From Octopus sinensis (Eukaryota), in contig NC_043004.1 of assembly GCF_006345805.1 (NCBI RefSeq), forward strand, positions 90,892,001 through 90,956,000: a stretch of 64,000 bases of DNA, read 5' to 3'. The notes beneath the pieces are model-generated. The model ran no database searches, was not told where the DNA came from, and saw only the letters and a list, made by a program, of their open reading frames with translations. Below are positions 50,881 to 63,950 of the stretch, one piece after another; within the stretch, counting starts at the first letter, position 1, and the number at the start of each line of letters is the position of its first letter. Both the position numbers and the translations under genes were made by a program.

Positions 50881-51144
50881 TGTATATTTACAAATTTATC
50901 TTTTTCTGGAGAAGTAAATAGAAAATGTGTATGTGTGTCTTATTTGTAAATATTCAGTTATCGTTTTTGAAAAGAACAACATTGGACGCTGCTATCTGAC
51001 TAAACAAAAGGACTGTCTGTTTTTACAAACAATAATCTATTTAAAACAAAAATGTTACATTCAAATACTTCCATAAAGCAAGCAAGTTATGAAATGTCTG
51101 CGTTAGCTGTAAAGAAAGTGAAATCCCATGTTGAAAGTCATCAT

Positions 51145-51400
51145 CACTGTCATCATCATCATTTAATATCTGTTTTCCAAGCATGCATGGGTTGGTTAAT
51201 TTGACCAGAGCTGGCCACCTGAAGAGCTTCCCGGCCCTATATCTATTTTGCCCTTCATAATGCCATCCACTTTACAGAGTGTGCTGGGTGTTTTAAACAG
51301 CACTGCTACAGGTATGTTTACATGGAACTTGTACGGGTGCTTTTATCTGGCACTGGTATGGGTGCTTTTACATGACACCAGCACCCACGAGTCCATAAGA
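51145..51400 (-). mobile_element. Family A element, old copy
   Basis: (CAT)n TTTAATATCTGTTTTCCAAGCATGCATGGG...GGGTGCTTTTA units. Confidence 0.6.
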
Positions 51401-51539
51401 TTATGAATGCTCAGGTTTGTATGCAAGGACAATCACGTTTTTACTTAGCTTGGTATGTTTTCTCAAGCACATCAAACCACCAGGTGTCTCAGTCCCTTTT
51501 CGTCCCCTCAGTGAAGCCCAACGTCAGAAGATCCTTTCT

Positions 51540-51755
51540 CATCACCTGGCAGAATCATTAGTATGTCAGGCAAAATGGTTAGTGGCATTTTGTTCATCTA
51601 TACATTCTGAGCTAAAATTCTGTTGAGGTCAACTTTGCCTTTCAATCTTTCAGGGCCAATAAAATAAGTGCTAGTTGAGCTCTGGGGTTGATGTAATCAA
51701 CTTACTCCCTCTCTTGACATTGCTAGCTTTGTGCCAAAATTTGAAATCAATATAT
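51540..51755 (+). mobile_element. Family C SINE, diverged
   Basis: CTGGCAGAATCATTAG...GAGGTCAACTTTGCCTTTCA...AAAATAAG. Confidence 0.7.
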
Positions 51756-53344
51756 TGTTTACTGCTTCATGATTTTGAACTCCAGGAAAAATCATGTTGT
51801 TTGAGAATATTAGTTTACCACAGAGTAAAATTTCTGATGGTGTAAATTAAATAGCTAATGATATCTAAGTGTTTTGAAATAATATCATCCCAAAATTGTA
51901 TTTTGTCAGTAAACACAACACAGTTTGTTATATTTGTACAAGATAATAGCCGACTTTATATGAGAAAATTTACTTGCTTTAAAATCAAGGTGTAGAATAA
52001 TCAGAGATGATTTTCTCAGGTTAAATAACAAGAAATGATTTTGATTTACTTCATGAAAATCTTAGTGATTTAGTAACAGACAACACTCTGTTTGTAGTAG
52101 TATCTCAATGAAGGTTTACTGCTTTAATCAATAAAGAATTGAAGAACCTTCAACTACATCCTAATATCTTCATGCTGCAGCATTGTTTTGCTCAACAATA
52201 AAATTTATGTGCATGTTCTCAAAGAATGAACAGTGAAAGTATTGACTTCATAAAAAAACATGTAATTGAACAATAACAAATTTAAATAATTTCAGAATGG
52301 TCATTTTGCCAGTTTAGCCAATAAAAACACACGTACTATATATTTGGTGTTATTTTGCTTCAGTGTTATTTATTTTTTACATTAATCTTAATCTTATTTC
52401 GGCCAGAGTTCTTTCGTCTCACTCCTGTGGCCGCATCAGTGGTCCTTTGCTTTCTTCTTTCTTATTTGTGTGTCTCTCTTTACTAACTGTCAGCCATTTT
52501 GTATTTCTATTGTATGTGTCTTCATTTGCGCATGCTTATATCTCTATGTGCGTCTATGTTTATTTAGTGTGTGTGTGGGGGGGATGCCTGTAATATTTGT
52601 ATCTTCTGTTTATATACGTTCATGTAATTTGTTTTTGTTGTTGTTGTTTTTGTTTAAATTTAAATTTAAATAAATTTTGAAGTAACTCAAAGTGGAATCT
52701 GAAGATTCATTGTATTGTTGTGAGATTCACTAAGCAAACTGTTTATGTACATGTCCTTCTATAAGCTAAAAGATGAAAATGAAAGCATTGTAGTAGCACT
52801 GGATATTGTAGTCAGCACTCTATTACATCAGTGCCCTGGGCTACACAGCATACAGTCAAAGATGGATATGAATTTGATGTCATTTTTACAGGAAATCCTC
52901 CAGAAAATAATAGCACTTTGTTAGTCTTTAGGCACCAGCTGACATATAGAGTTTTACTGGTCACATAACCATGTTGTGTAGACCTATCAGAAAACTTGTA
53001 AGAAAAATTACATGACTATGTTTTAACGATTATTGCCACCAATCAGAATTGCTACTCTTGGTACATTTGCTTGAAAATCTTGCAGTATTATTCATCCATC
53101 CAGTAGAAACAGGTCCTCATCATTTCATATGGTCCTAAGATGATATAAGGTAACTGACATCCTTGCAAGGACTATTGAGCACTTAACACCAATACTATTC
53201 CTAATAGTTGCTCAGTACCTTACTTGCAAATTTTTCCTTATTTCTTCATGGTGTGTAGATTTTTACCAAACTTGATCTTGATCACACTTTTTGAATTCTA
53301 GCAGATGTCATATGGAAAGCTTCAAAGTACAGCACAGATATTCA

Positions 53345-53615
53345 AGTGATACAGAAGACCCGGCAAGACTAGTCAGGCCATAACCCGTGGCCCCTACCTG
53401 GGACGTAGTCAGTCCACCTGTGCATACCTTCCTTCTTGTGACACTTGTGAAGACCTGTTGAGGCAAGTGAAAATCAAATCAAAACAAATCAAAATAGATG
53501 AACATCAATGGAATTTGTATCTTTGTGGTACCAGTGCCGGTAGCACACAAGAAAATCATCCGAACGTGGCCGTAGCCAGTACCGCATAGACTGGCCTCCG
53601 TGCTTTGGGGACGTA
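53345..53615 (+). mobile_element. Probable 5' region of the family A element
   Basis: AAATCAAATC run followed by a GCCAGTACCGC..ACTGGC unit like those in 22143 and 54622. Confidence 0.5.
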
Positions 53616-54001
53616 ACAAACACAAAGACCTAACTGAACTTCAGCAAATACAATGAAATGACCCTTTAAGAGAACCAACCAAGCAGAATGACAAGCTTGA
53701 CCAGGGAAAAAAAAAGTCACCAGAATTTTAACGAATCAAAAAGCAGATCCGCTCGCGGAAAAAAATTATAAGTTTATCTGATCCCAAAACATACCACTAC
53801 GAGTGAAAGTATCTATTAGAAAAGGATCAGAAAAATTGTAAACCAAATTCCCATTTTGTTTACTATTTTCATTTCACACTTGCTTTTTTCAGTATGAATT
53901 GTTGACCACCACTAAAATGAACTTTGTACATTCAAACAAATTGATATACAGTATTAATTTTATTGACTGCTATAAACATTCAGACTTATACCTTCTGTTT
54001 T

Positions 54002-54232
54002 GAACATGTTAATTTGTCAACATTGGAACATTTTAATTTGTCAACATTGGAACATTTTAATTTGTCAACATTGGAACATTTTAATTTGTCAACATTGGAA
54101 CATTTTGATTTGTCAACATTGGAACATTTTAATTTGTCAACATTGGAACATTTTAATTTGTCAACATTGGATCATTTTAATTTGTCAACATTGGAACATT
54201 TTAATTTGTCAACATTGGAACATTTTGTCAAC
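54002..54232. repeat. 24-bp tandem repeat AACATTTTAATTTGTCAACATTGG (~9.5 copies)
   Basis: Directly visible, near-identical units, no spacers. Confidence 0.95.
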
Positions 54233-54621
54233 AAAATATTAAACATATAAAAGATAGCACAAATGGAACTAAACTACAAACAATATTAAACTAAGAAATA
54301 CAACTAACCTTACCTCTAACAATAATATTCAATCAATACAAAAAGATGAAACCTCTGTAAAACATGACAAAAAAACCTAGAAAGTGTTATGGTAGACATA
54401 GAACCAAATATAGTAATAACAAAAAACACTATGAAATACTATGAAATACTATGCAAATTCCAAAATCAGTATATAACTATAGTAAATTCCCTAGTAGGAG
54501 TGGAAATGGGGAAATTATTTGGTACACCCACCACCCATTTTCAATAAATGTTAAAGGATTAACAAAAACAATTTCTAAACATAGTCAAAAATAGCTTTCC
54601 TAATAATCATAGGTATTACCA

Positions 54622-55028
54622 GGACCCCTGGACTGGTGGTATGTAAAAAGCACTATCCGAATCGTGGCCGATGCCAGTGCCGCCTCAACTGGCTTCCGTG
54701 CCAGTGGCAGGTAAAAAGCACCATCCAAATCATGGCCGATCCCAGTGCCGCCTCGACTGGCTTCCGTGCCGGTGGCACGTAAAATGCATCAATCCAACCG
54801 TGGCCATTGCCAGCCTCGCCTGGCACCTGTGCAGGTGGCACGTAAAAAGCACCCACTACATTCACGGAGTGGTTGGCGTTAGGAAGGGCATCCAGCTGTA
54901 GAAACATTGCCAGATAAGACTGGAGCCTGGTGCAGCCTTCTGGCTTCCCAGATCCTCGGTCGAACCGTCCAACCCATGCTAGCATGGAGAACGGACGTTA
55001 AACGATGATGATGATGATGATGATGATG
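54622..55028 (+). mobile_element. Family A element, young copy with four internal units
   Basis: Units start at ~54636, 54704, 54772 and 54835. (GAT)n tail and possible 7-bp TSD ATTACCA at 54615-54621 and 55029-55035. Confidence 0.9.
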
Positions 55029-55559
55029 ATTACCATATATTTAATAGATCAACAATTAAAATATCTTTTTCTACATTGCCGAACATAGGATCAATTATCA
55101 CCAGCTCTAATAGACGAAAACTTAATAAAGATAAAAATAGTTTAAGAGATAGTAACAACAACAATAATACTAGTAATGAAACAGACATTAGCTCTAGAAC
55201 ACCAAATAATACTCAACATAATACTTTGTTCAATAGATAACATTATGAGAACACAGCAATACTATGGCAGCAACAACAGCATTTGTTATTCATTCTCCCA
55301 TTGGGGGGAATAATAATTATAATTATCGTGGTCAGAAAAATAGAAATGTCATGTGGTGATAAGCCAAAAGGAAATATGTTTGAAGATGTATCAAGTGCCA
55401 CTGAAGGATCTCCTTCAGATACAGAGGAAGAATTTCCAAGTCTGCTGTTTGGCACCACAAAAGAAAAGTCAAATATTGTGTTGAAAAGAGTAATTGACAT
55501 GCTGAGTGTACAAAAAGAAAATAATAATGAAGAGATGAAAAGTTTTGCATTAGCAGCCG

Positions 55560-55934
55560 AGAGTAGAACTCATAGGGAAACCATCCCACACGCTATTGTT
55601 CAGTGTCCGGAGGTGTTGGAGATGTGGGCTTATGCAGGACATCTGTTGTCCAGTGCAGGAAGTGTACAGCTGTCGACTGAGTCAATTATAAATATTGACC
55701 CACCTGAATTTTTGTCAAATGAAAATAAGAATTGTTTTTTCACTGTAGTAGCAATCGCAAAAGAGGTGGTGTGGAAGACAAGGATGAAAGGAGCAAAGGC
55801 AGCCAGCTTCATCTCTGGCCTTACCTTACAAAGGTATTTCATTTTCCATTTGGATAGGAAAGTGAGGCTGGAGAAGAGGTGTCTGTTGGAGAAAATGTTT
55901 GATGAAAGATGGAAGTATGTAGCATCTTTAAACA
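55560..55934 (+). mobile_element. L1/Tx1-clade LINE ORF2 C-terminal fragment
   Basis: ETIPHAIVQC (degenerate C-terminal zinc knuckle)...FFTVVAIAKEVVWKTRMKG...FHLDRKVRLEK..F.ERW. Confidence 0.6.
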
Positions 55935-56352
55935 GGTGCAGGAGTGGCAGTGTGGTAAGTAGCTTGTTTACCAACCACATGGTTCCGGGTTCAGTCCTAC
56001 CGCGTGGCACCTTGGGCAAGTGTCTTCTACTATAGCCTCGGGCCAACCAAAGCCTTGTGAGTGGATTTGGTAGACAGAAACTGAATGAAGCCCGTCATAT
56101 ATATGTATATATATGTATATATATGTGTGCATGTATGTTTGTATTTGTCCCCCTAGCATTGCTTGACAACCGATGCTGGTGTGTTTATGTCTCCATCACT
56201 TTGCGGCTCGGCAAAAGAGACCGATAGAATAAGTACTGGGCTTACAAAGAATAAGTCCCGGGGTCGAGCTGCTCGATTAAAGGCGGTGCTCCAGCATGGC
56301 CGCAGTCAAATGACTGAAACAAGTAAAAGAGTAAAGGAGTAAAAAGAGAGTA
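55935..56352 (+). mobile_element. Family B SINE, full length
   Basis: Colinear with 26543-26959. Confidence 0.92.
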
Positions 56353-56939
56353 TCTCATATAGATATTAAAAAATATCCTTATCTGAAGAATCACACATTG
56401 CACATTGCATCACTGCTTGCTACCATTTACAATATAAATGGTTTTCTTCAACATTAAATTTAACCAGCATCTATTCACATAATTGACTTATGATCAATAG
56501 TCTTGAAAACCACCAAAGAATTGCTGTCCCTTCAGTCCAATCTAAATCTAATCATGAAACATTAACATATTTGACATATGATTAATAGTCTTCAAAAACC
56601 ACCAAAGAATTGCTATCAATTCTGTTTAACATCCCAAAGCAAAGCAGAAACAAATTTCTCATTAAAATACAAAGTTAATCATTTAACTTTTTCCTTACCA
56701 AATTTCTGTTGCAAACATTGCTGTTGTTTGAATTAATTTTGAAAATAATAAAGTATTTACAAAGATTGTTTTGTTGTTACTAAGCTGGTGTCTGAAACTT
56801 AAATTAACATGGAATTTTGATGGAAGCTTTTAATTTAGATCATCTAAAAAAAGGAAGTTTGCATCATAGAACCAAGGGCAGTTTGGGGCAGGTTGGTATG
56901 GAATCATTAAATGAATCTTTAGGAAATTGTTTGAATACC

Positions 56940-57200
56940 CCATCATCATCATCATTCTCATCATCATTTTAACATTCACTTTCACTTGCTTGCATGGATT
57001 AGACAGACTTTTTCTGGGGCAGACTTTCTGTGGTTGGATGCCTTTTCTGCCACCAACCTTCCCCTGTTTCCAAGCAAGGTAATATTTTCCCATGGCCGGA
57101 CATATTTTTCCAGAATATTTGAAATCAATGATACTGCTTGTTTTACAGCAACACAACTATCTCACAATGTAAATGCAAGGAGACACAGGCATAATTATAC
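56940..57200 (-). mobile_element. 3' half of the chimeric B/A-tail SINE
   Basis: (CAT)n...GGTTGGATGCCTTTTC...CCAACC...AAGGTAATATTTTCCCCATGGCC, as in the 17440 and 21205 copies. Confidence 0.65.
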
Positions 57201-57237
57201 AGATACATACATACATACATACATACACATACATACA

Positions 57238-57485
57238 TACTCTTTTACTCTTTTACTTGTTTCAGTCATTTGACTGTGGCCATGCTGGTGCACCGCCTTT
57301 AATTGAGCAACTCGACCCTGGGACTTATTCTTTGTAAGCCCAGTACTTATTCTATCGGTCTCCTTTGCTGAACCGCTAAGTGACGGGGACATAAACACAC
57401 CAGAAGACACTTGCCCAAGGTACCACGCAGTGGGACTGAACCTGGTTGGTTAGTAAGCTACTTACCACACAGCCACTCCTGCGCC
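57238..57485 (-). mobile_element. Family B SINE with internal deletion
   Basis: Head and tail intact; ~150 bp missing at the junction GTGTCTTCTG|GTGTGTTT (read on minus). Flanked by (TACA)n. Confidence 0.9.
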
Positions 57486-57518
57486 TATACATACATACAT
57501 ACATACATACATACATAC

Positions 57519-57552
<34 letters not shown>

Positions 57553-58641
57553 CATGCATACATGCATACATACATACATTCATACAGAGGTGGGCACTGT
57601 TAATCAAAAAGTTAACTTCGTTAATTGTTAATGCGTTAGTTCTTTGAAAATGTAACGGAAGCTAATGTTAATCTGTTAATGTTAACATGTATTGGAAAAA
57701 GGCATAACTACAGTTTCATACCCCACTGAATTTGTTGCCTCATAATTTCCAGGAAAAAATGGATACTTTTTAATGAAACTTTCACCAAATAATCGCTTAT
57801 ACCTTGTAGATTGAATGTATGTAAAGATTTGTTGGAAAAAATTTTCTGAGGGGTTGGGGAGAGGAGTTTTGGAAAATTCACAGAACCAGACATTTCCCCC
57901 CTCATAACTTTCTGGAAAATAGGTAATTTTTGATGAAATTTACACAGATACCTTTCAAACTGTAGATTATAATTACAAAGAAATTTGTTGGCAAAATGTT
58001 TGGAAGGGAGCAAAATCTGGGACCAGTTTAATTGAATACTCTGTTTCCAAAAGTGTTTTGCTTATGCCAAAACTAAAAATCACAGTTACCCAGAATAGGA
58101 CTGTAAAATCATTAGAATTCCTAGTAAAATCATAGTGTGAGTGCTCAACATAATCTCTTGACCAGCTAGAAATAACATCCAATTCTCTCTCAAATTATAC
58201 CAGAGGAAACATTAGGCAATATAGGCTCTGATATACAAAAAGACAGTGTGGTCATTGTTGGAATGCCTTTGCTCATCAGTATTTGCAGAATCAGAGCTGA
58301 CATAAGGTGCAGCAATGATAAAAACTTACTGTATTTTCATTGTCTGTTCATGTTCTGAGTTCAAATATTGCCAAAGTTGACTTTTTTCCCCTCTTCTTCT
58401 GGGATCAATATAATTGTTCCTAGTCTAAGCACAAGGCTAACAATTCTGAGAGGAATGGCATTAGTTGATACCATCAGCCCTCAGTACTTGACTGAGAGAT
58501 GAAAGGTGAAGTTGACATTGGTAGGATTTGAACTCAGAATGTAAAGAGTCAGAGCAAATACTGCAAAGCAACTTTTCCAATGCCCTAATGATTCTGCCAA
58601 TTCACCAGCCTTCTGGGTTAAAAAATATATACATATATACA

Positions 58642-58995
58642 GGCATGGCTGTGTGGTAAGAAGCTTGCTTCCCAACCACATGATTCTGGGTTCAGTCCCA
58701 CTAAGTGGCACCTAAGGCAAGTGTTTTCTACTATAGCCTAGGGCCAACCAAAGCCTTATGGTGGATTTGGTTGATGGAAACTGAAGAGAAGCTCATCATA
58801 TGCATATATGTGTGTGTGTGTGTGTGTTTATTCCCCACCACTGCTTGACAACCGGTGTTGGTGTGTTTATGTCCCTGTAACTTAGTTTTAGCAAAGAGAC
58901 CAATAGAATAAGTACCAGGCTTTAAAAATTGTACTAGAGTTGACTCATTCAACTAAGAATTCTTCAAGGTGGTACCTCAGCATGGCCACAGTCTC
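58642..58995 (+). mobile_element. Family B SINE, older subfamily
   Basis: GGCATGGCTGTGTGGTAAG...GGTTCAGTCCC...CAGCATGGCCACAGTC. Confidence 0.8.
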
Positions 58996-59009
58996 ACAGA
59001 AAAATATAA

Positions 59010-59048
<39 letters not shown>

Positions 59049-59197
59049 AAGGGACTCCCTCAAGGTCAGGTCTAATCTGATCAATATCCATATGATTTAA
59101 AGCATTCCAACCATGATCATCCCATGTCTCTAGTGTTGGCTTTCAAATGCTGTCGATCACTGGTGTGTTCAATCAAAGCTAACATTTGACTAAACAG

Positions 59198-59234
<37 letters not shown>

Positions 59235-60165
59235 AACAACAGCAACAATCAATAAATGCAGTTGAAATCAGTGCAGAAACTATGTTACACTTGTATTGAA
59301 ACTCTGAGATTTTCTACATGGTGTGGGTGTGAGAGGTGAGGGTAATAAAAAAAACGTCTAAGATTTTTACTATTCTCTGCTTTGGTTATTAACTTGGTGC
59401 CAGCCAGTCACAGCCAAGCCAGCAAGTCAGTGGGCTTATTCATTTATTAATTCATTTATTCATTTATTTTATATTCCCCCCCACCCCGCCCCGGCTCCTC
59501 TACAAGCCTCTTTCCATCGATACCATTCTCTCTTCTATTCCATCCACTGCCATTCCCCCCATCCCCCTACTGCCCCGACCGACCAACCAACCAACAAGCC
59601 AACCAACCAACAAGCCAACCAGCATTCATTATTGATTCTTTAAATATTACTGGAATCAAGAAATTCTAGATCATATTTTTTGCTGCTAAGTTTTTTTTCA
59701 TTAAATAGTGTTTGTCGTTTTTTTTTTAACAATATTTAAAATTTTTGTTTTGTTATTTTTTGCTGTTGTTGATGTAGTTGTTATTATGGTCATTGTATTG
59801 AAGTTGCTATTTGTTGACTTTGTTATGATTACTGCTACAATTGTTGATGTTGTTATTGTTTTAGTAATGTCCATACTTTATTTGCCATCAGCCCATTGAA
59901 GATAATCTCTATGACTAACTTGTTAATTAGAATTTGCACCATTAAAGCGTTCTTATGATGTTCTTAGTATCTTGGGAAGGAAGTATCAGTATATGATAGA
60001 CTAACATCACAAACCAGTGTTCTTTGATAGATAAATGTTCTATAGTAAACATATGTCCAGTGGTAGAGCACCATCTTGTGATTAGAGTTGTACCATATAC
60101 ATACAAGGATGCGTGTATGTATGAATGCAAGTAATAATACATACATATATACATACATATACATA

Positions 60166-60396
60166 AAGGCGGCGGGCTGGCAGAATCATTAGCATGTCAG
60201 GCGAAATGCTTAGCAGTATTTCGTCTGCTGTTACATTGTGAGTTCAAATTCTGCCGAGGTCGACTTTGCCTTTCATCCTTTCGGGGTCGATTAAATAAGT
60301 ACCAGTTATGCACTGGGGTCGATGTAATCAATTTAGTCCCTTTGTCTGTCCTTGTTTGTCCCCTCTGTGTTTAGCCCCTTGTGGGCAATAAAGAAT
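60166..60396 (+). mobile_element. Family C SINE, young copy
   Basis: Nearly colinear with 12558-12789. Confidence 0.9.
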
Positions 60397-60852
60397 TAAA
60401 ATATTCATACATATATATATATTTAGTATGATTTGGATAAAAGCCTTGTAATGTGCATTTAAGAGCTCCTATGTTGTAATCTGGCTACCACACGTGATTC
60501 TACAGTAGGATATTTCATAGGGTAGGGTACATATGTGAAACTCCTCTATACATAAAATTAATATAAGAACAATATAAGAATAATATAACATGAGGCTGAT
60601 ATCAGACATTAATAGAAGATCACATTTGTTTCTGCACTGCACACCAGATTTAAGTTACTGATTTTATATTCATATACCATCATACAAGATTATTCTTCAG
60701 AATTACTACATAGTTGAATATTTTTTCAGCAACAGCCACGTGTAGGCACTTTGCTTCATTGAGTGGAATACAATAAAGCTTTGTGCTTAATCATATTCCA
60801 CTTGATGAACCACCCAAACATGATGGTTGCTGGAAAAATATTCAACTATATA

Positions 60853-61256
60853 GGCGCAGGAGTAGCTGTGTGGTAAGTAGCTTGCTAACCAACCACATGG
60901 TTCCTGGTTCAGTCCCACTGCGTGGCATCTTGGGCAAGTGTCTTCTGCTATAGCCTCGGGCTGACCAATGCCTTGTGAGTGGAATTCGTAGACAGAAACT
61001 GAAAGAAGCCCGTCGTATATGTGTATATATATGTATATGTATGTATGTGTGTGTGTGTTTGTGTGTCTGTGTTTGCCCCCCTAGCATTGCTGGTGTGTTT
61101 ACGTCCCCATAACTTATCAGTTTGGCAAAAGAGACCGATAGAATAAGTACTGGGCTTACAAAGGAATAAGTCCTGGGGTCGATTTGCTCGACTAAAGGCG
61201 GTGCTCCAGCATGGCCGCAGTCAAATGACTGAAACAAGTAAAAGAGTAAAAGAGTA
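60853..61256 (+). mobile_element. Family B SINE, full length
   Basis: Colinear with 26543-26959. Confidence 0.92.
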
Positions 61257-61365
61257 TATAGTAATTATAAAGAATACAATGGAATATGAATATAAAATCA
61301 GCCACTTGAAGCTGATGTGTGGTGCAGAAATGTATGCTGTGATCTACTATTAAAGCTATTATATA

Positions 61366-62030
61366 TGCAGTGGTATCAAAAGGTTCCCAGACTAGCTATG
61401 TTTAATAAAAGATAACTTATTTACCTCAGTTTTAACATCATCACCTTTGAAATAATCACCTTGTGCAGCCATACACCTGTCTTAACATTCCTGCCACTTT
61501 TGGATTCCAGCCTGGATGTTGTTTTCTGCAAGCAAGTCAAGGACTTTCTGCAATTCACTCCAGATCTCGACAATGGTGTTAAAACGGTGATCTCTAAGCT
61601 GCATTTTCATCTTGGAGAAGAGGTGGAAGTGTGCAGGTGCTAAATCTGGTGAATAAGGCAGGTGCAAAAGCAATACCATCTTGTTTTTAACGAGAAACTC
61701 ATGAATGAGGAAAGCTTGATGACAGGGTGAATTGATGTTGTGAAGAATTCAATTCTTTGCGCTCCACAGATCCGGTCGCTTTCGCCAAATGTCCTCCTTC
61801 AAATGCTTCAAAACATCGTTGATTGTCCCCCAATGATCCTCATGCATAAAAGCTGATGAATTTTCTCCACATTTCTGGTGGGTGATGCTCGTGGCGGGTC
61901 TTCCACATCGCTCGTCATCTTCCAGGGATGTTCTGCTTTTGAAGCACCTGTGCAACTCAAAACATTGCATGCGACCCATTGCCTCATTGCCATAAGCTTG
62001 CTGACTATATTAACTGTGTTTCAGAATAGT
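61366..62030 (-). mobile_element. Internally deleted mariner transposon relic
   Basis: HLPYSPDLAPAHFHLF (YSPDLAP motif, third catalytic D replaced by H) and HTH region QCFELHRCFKS.TSLEDDERCGRP. TIR-like end TA|TGCAGTGGTATCAAAAGGTTCCCAGACT at 61364-61393. Confidence 0.88.
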
Positions 62031-62149
62031 AGGCTTATCCAACTAGGGTATCTAAAATAATGTCTCATAAGAGAAGTGTTGGTCTCACTCAAAGAAGTAA
62101 AAAAATCTGGACAAAGAATCTCATGCAGTTTCAAGACTCACATAGGTAA

Positions 62150-63710
62150 AGAAGACCTGTTCCTCTGGAAGAGCATTCTTTGGAAAACAACTGCAGGATA
62201 CCAATGAAACTTCAAATTGTCAGTCACTACCTGTTCCTTGAAGGTACCATCAAAGGAAGGAGAGGAAGAACACTTTTTTATGGCAAAAGAAATTAAATTT
62301 CTCATATTTATCAATTCAAAATGTACAAGCAAAAGTAGAAAAAGTGCTGAATACCTACGATAAATGTGTAAAACTGGGTAAAATACGATTCATTGAAAGG
62401 AATTTTTGACATCACAAAGGGAAATGGTGAATGGCTGTGCAGTGAGGATAGAAGTTTATATTATCTTTAAATTGAAAGCAAGGTACAGGTTGGGTATGGA
62501 ACTGGAAAGGCAGCTAGTTCCAAAACTATCCATACATCAAAAAGAAGAAAAGTGTCCTTAATGCCAACTTCAACCAGAGCAACTCCAGTGTCATCGTGAA
62601 CATCTGAAGCAGAGACTGAAAGTGAATATCAAGAGTCCTAAAAATCAAATGAAGAATCCACAAAAATAAGGAGGAAGTATAGCAAAACTGGAACTGCAAC
62701 CAAGTTAGTAATATCTTCCAAGCTATCAACCCAAAAAGCAGTAACAGTTTATTGACAATTTTCTCAAGATGGAATCAATGCTGAGACTCCCTTCCAATCT
62801 GGTATTTACAGATCGACTACCAAAGAAACTCTTACATTAAAAAAGGAAGTGAAGAAAACACTACATTTAAAAAAACTGGTCATTGCATTTTGATGGTAAA
62901 TGTATTGATGACCAAGAATACCAAGTGCTAGTTTTAAAGAATGAACAGTTAATGAAGAGTTAAGTTAGATGCACTCCAATTACCAAAGGGAAAAGCTGAT
63001 ACTGTTGTGAAAGGAATAACAGTTGTTTTAGATGAATACAATTTATGGAATTGTATAAAGATGATTGTCGCTGATATGAGTGTGAACACTGGGAAAAGAA
63101 ATGGCATTGTTATTCAGTTGCAAAAACTGTTTGCTCAAAGGGTTTGAAAGAATTGTAATTTATAGGTTGTCAGCATCATATCCTTGATAGAGTTCTTCAT
63201 GTTGTAATGGATAATGAACTTGGAGAAAAAAAAATCATCTCTTAATATTGAATATACATCCATTCCAGAGGTTCTAAGTAATTATGAGAAACTCCAGGTT
63301 AATTTAACAATGGTGAAAAAAAAAAAGATTACTGAATCAGCAGGATGGTGAGATGGCATGAAATTTCTATTTCGTTTGACCAGAGTTTTTCATTTCTTTG
63401 AAGAAACCTGCAAATTTCCTACTGTAAGGTTTTAAAAAATATTCAACTTAAGTAATGCAAGATGGAATTCATGAGCAATACTAGCATTTTGGCATTTATT
63501 CTTCTATGAGAAAAAAGAGTTTTGCTTTTCAATGTTTGTTGATTCATCTCTTACACCTGGGAAGATGTTTTGTTTACTGACCAAATGTTCAGTGTACATG
63601 ATTATCAGAAGTTATGTGGTAGCCTGCAAGTTCATAAAAAAGCATTGAACTATGTAAAAAACTTTTAGAGTCGAGAACCATCAAAACTGGAAATTCCCAG
63701 AACAAATCGA
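62150..63710 (+). pseudogene. Decayed hAT-superfamily-like (hATm-type) transposase
   Basis: IFDITK..WLCSED, LHFDGK (62883), MIVADMSVNTGKRNG (63061) and GCQHHILD (CxxH, 63168). Many stops and frameshifts. Confidence 0.7.
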
Positions 63711-63729
63711 TGCATATATATATATATAC

Positions 63730-63950
63730 ACATCATCATCATCATCACTTAATGTCTGTTTTCCATGCTGGCAGGTTGGACAGTTTGGCAGGAGGTGGCC
63801 AGCCAGAGGACTGCACAAAGTTCTACTGTCACCTTTGGCATGTTTCCTTCAGCTGGATGCTCTTCCCAATGCCAACCACCACTTCACAGAGTGCATTGGG
63901 TGCCTTATATGTGGCACCAGCACTAGCAAGGTTTCCAAGCAACTTTCAAG
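63730..63950 (-). mobile_element. Family A element inserted into the hAT-like relic
   Basis: (CAT)n...TCTGTTTTCCATGCTGGCAGG...CAGCTGGATGCTCTTCCC.ATGCCAACC. Confidence 0.75.

Noticed and set aside
53350-53425. Possible HDV-like ribozyme pseudoknot (GACTAGT/ACGTAGTC, GTGG/CCAC, CCC/GGG)
   Set aside because: No room for P4 or a J4/2 catalytic C, and no GG for P1.1; the topology does not fit.
54002-54232. 24-bp array as CRISPR
   Set aside because: No spacers, no cas genes, and a eukaryotic context.
55283-56035. 250-aa ORF as a host gene
   Set aside because: Chimeric: a low-complexity start, an L1/Tx1-like C-terminal fragment, and the last ~34 codons inside a family B SINE.
57585-57700. CAGAGGTGGGCA... 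GTTAA-rich stretch as a hAT MITE
   Set aside because: Only one plausible terminus; no matching TIR or TSD found.
58255-58275. Other CTGATGA hits (minus strand here; also ~50238 and ~11015)
   Set aside because: No downstream helix II + GAAA + UH arrangement; they lie inside unrelated repeats.
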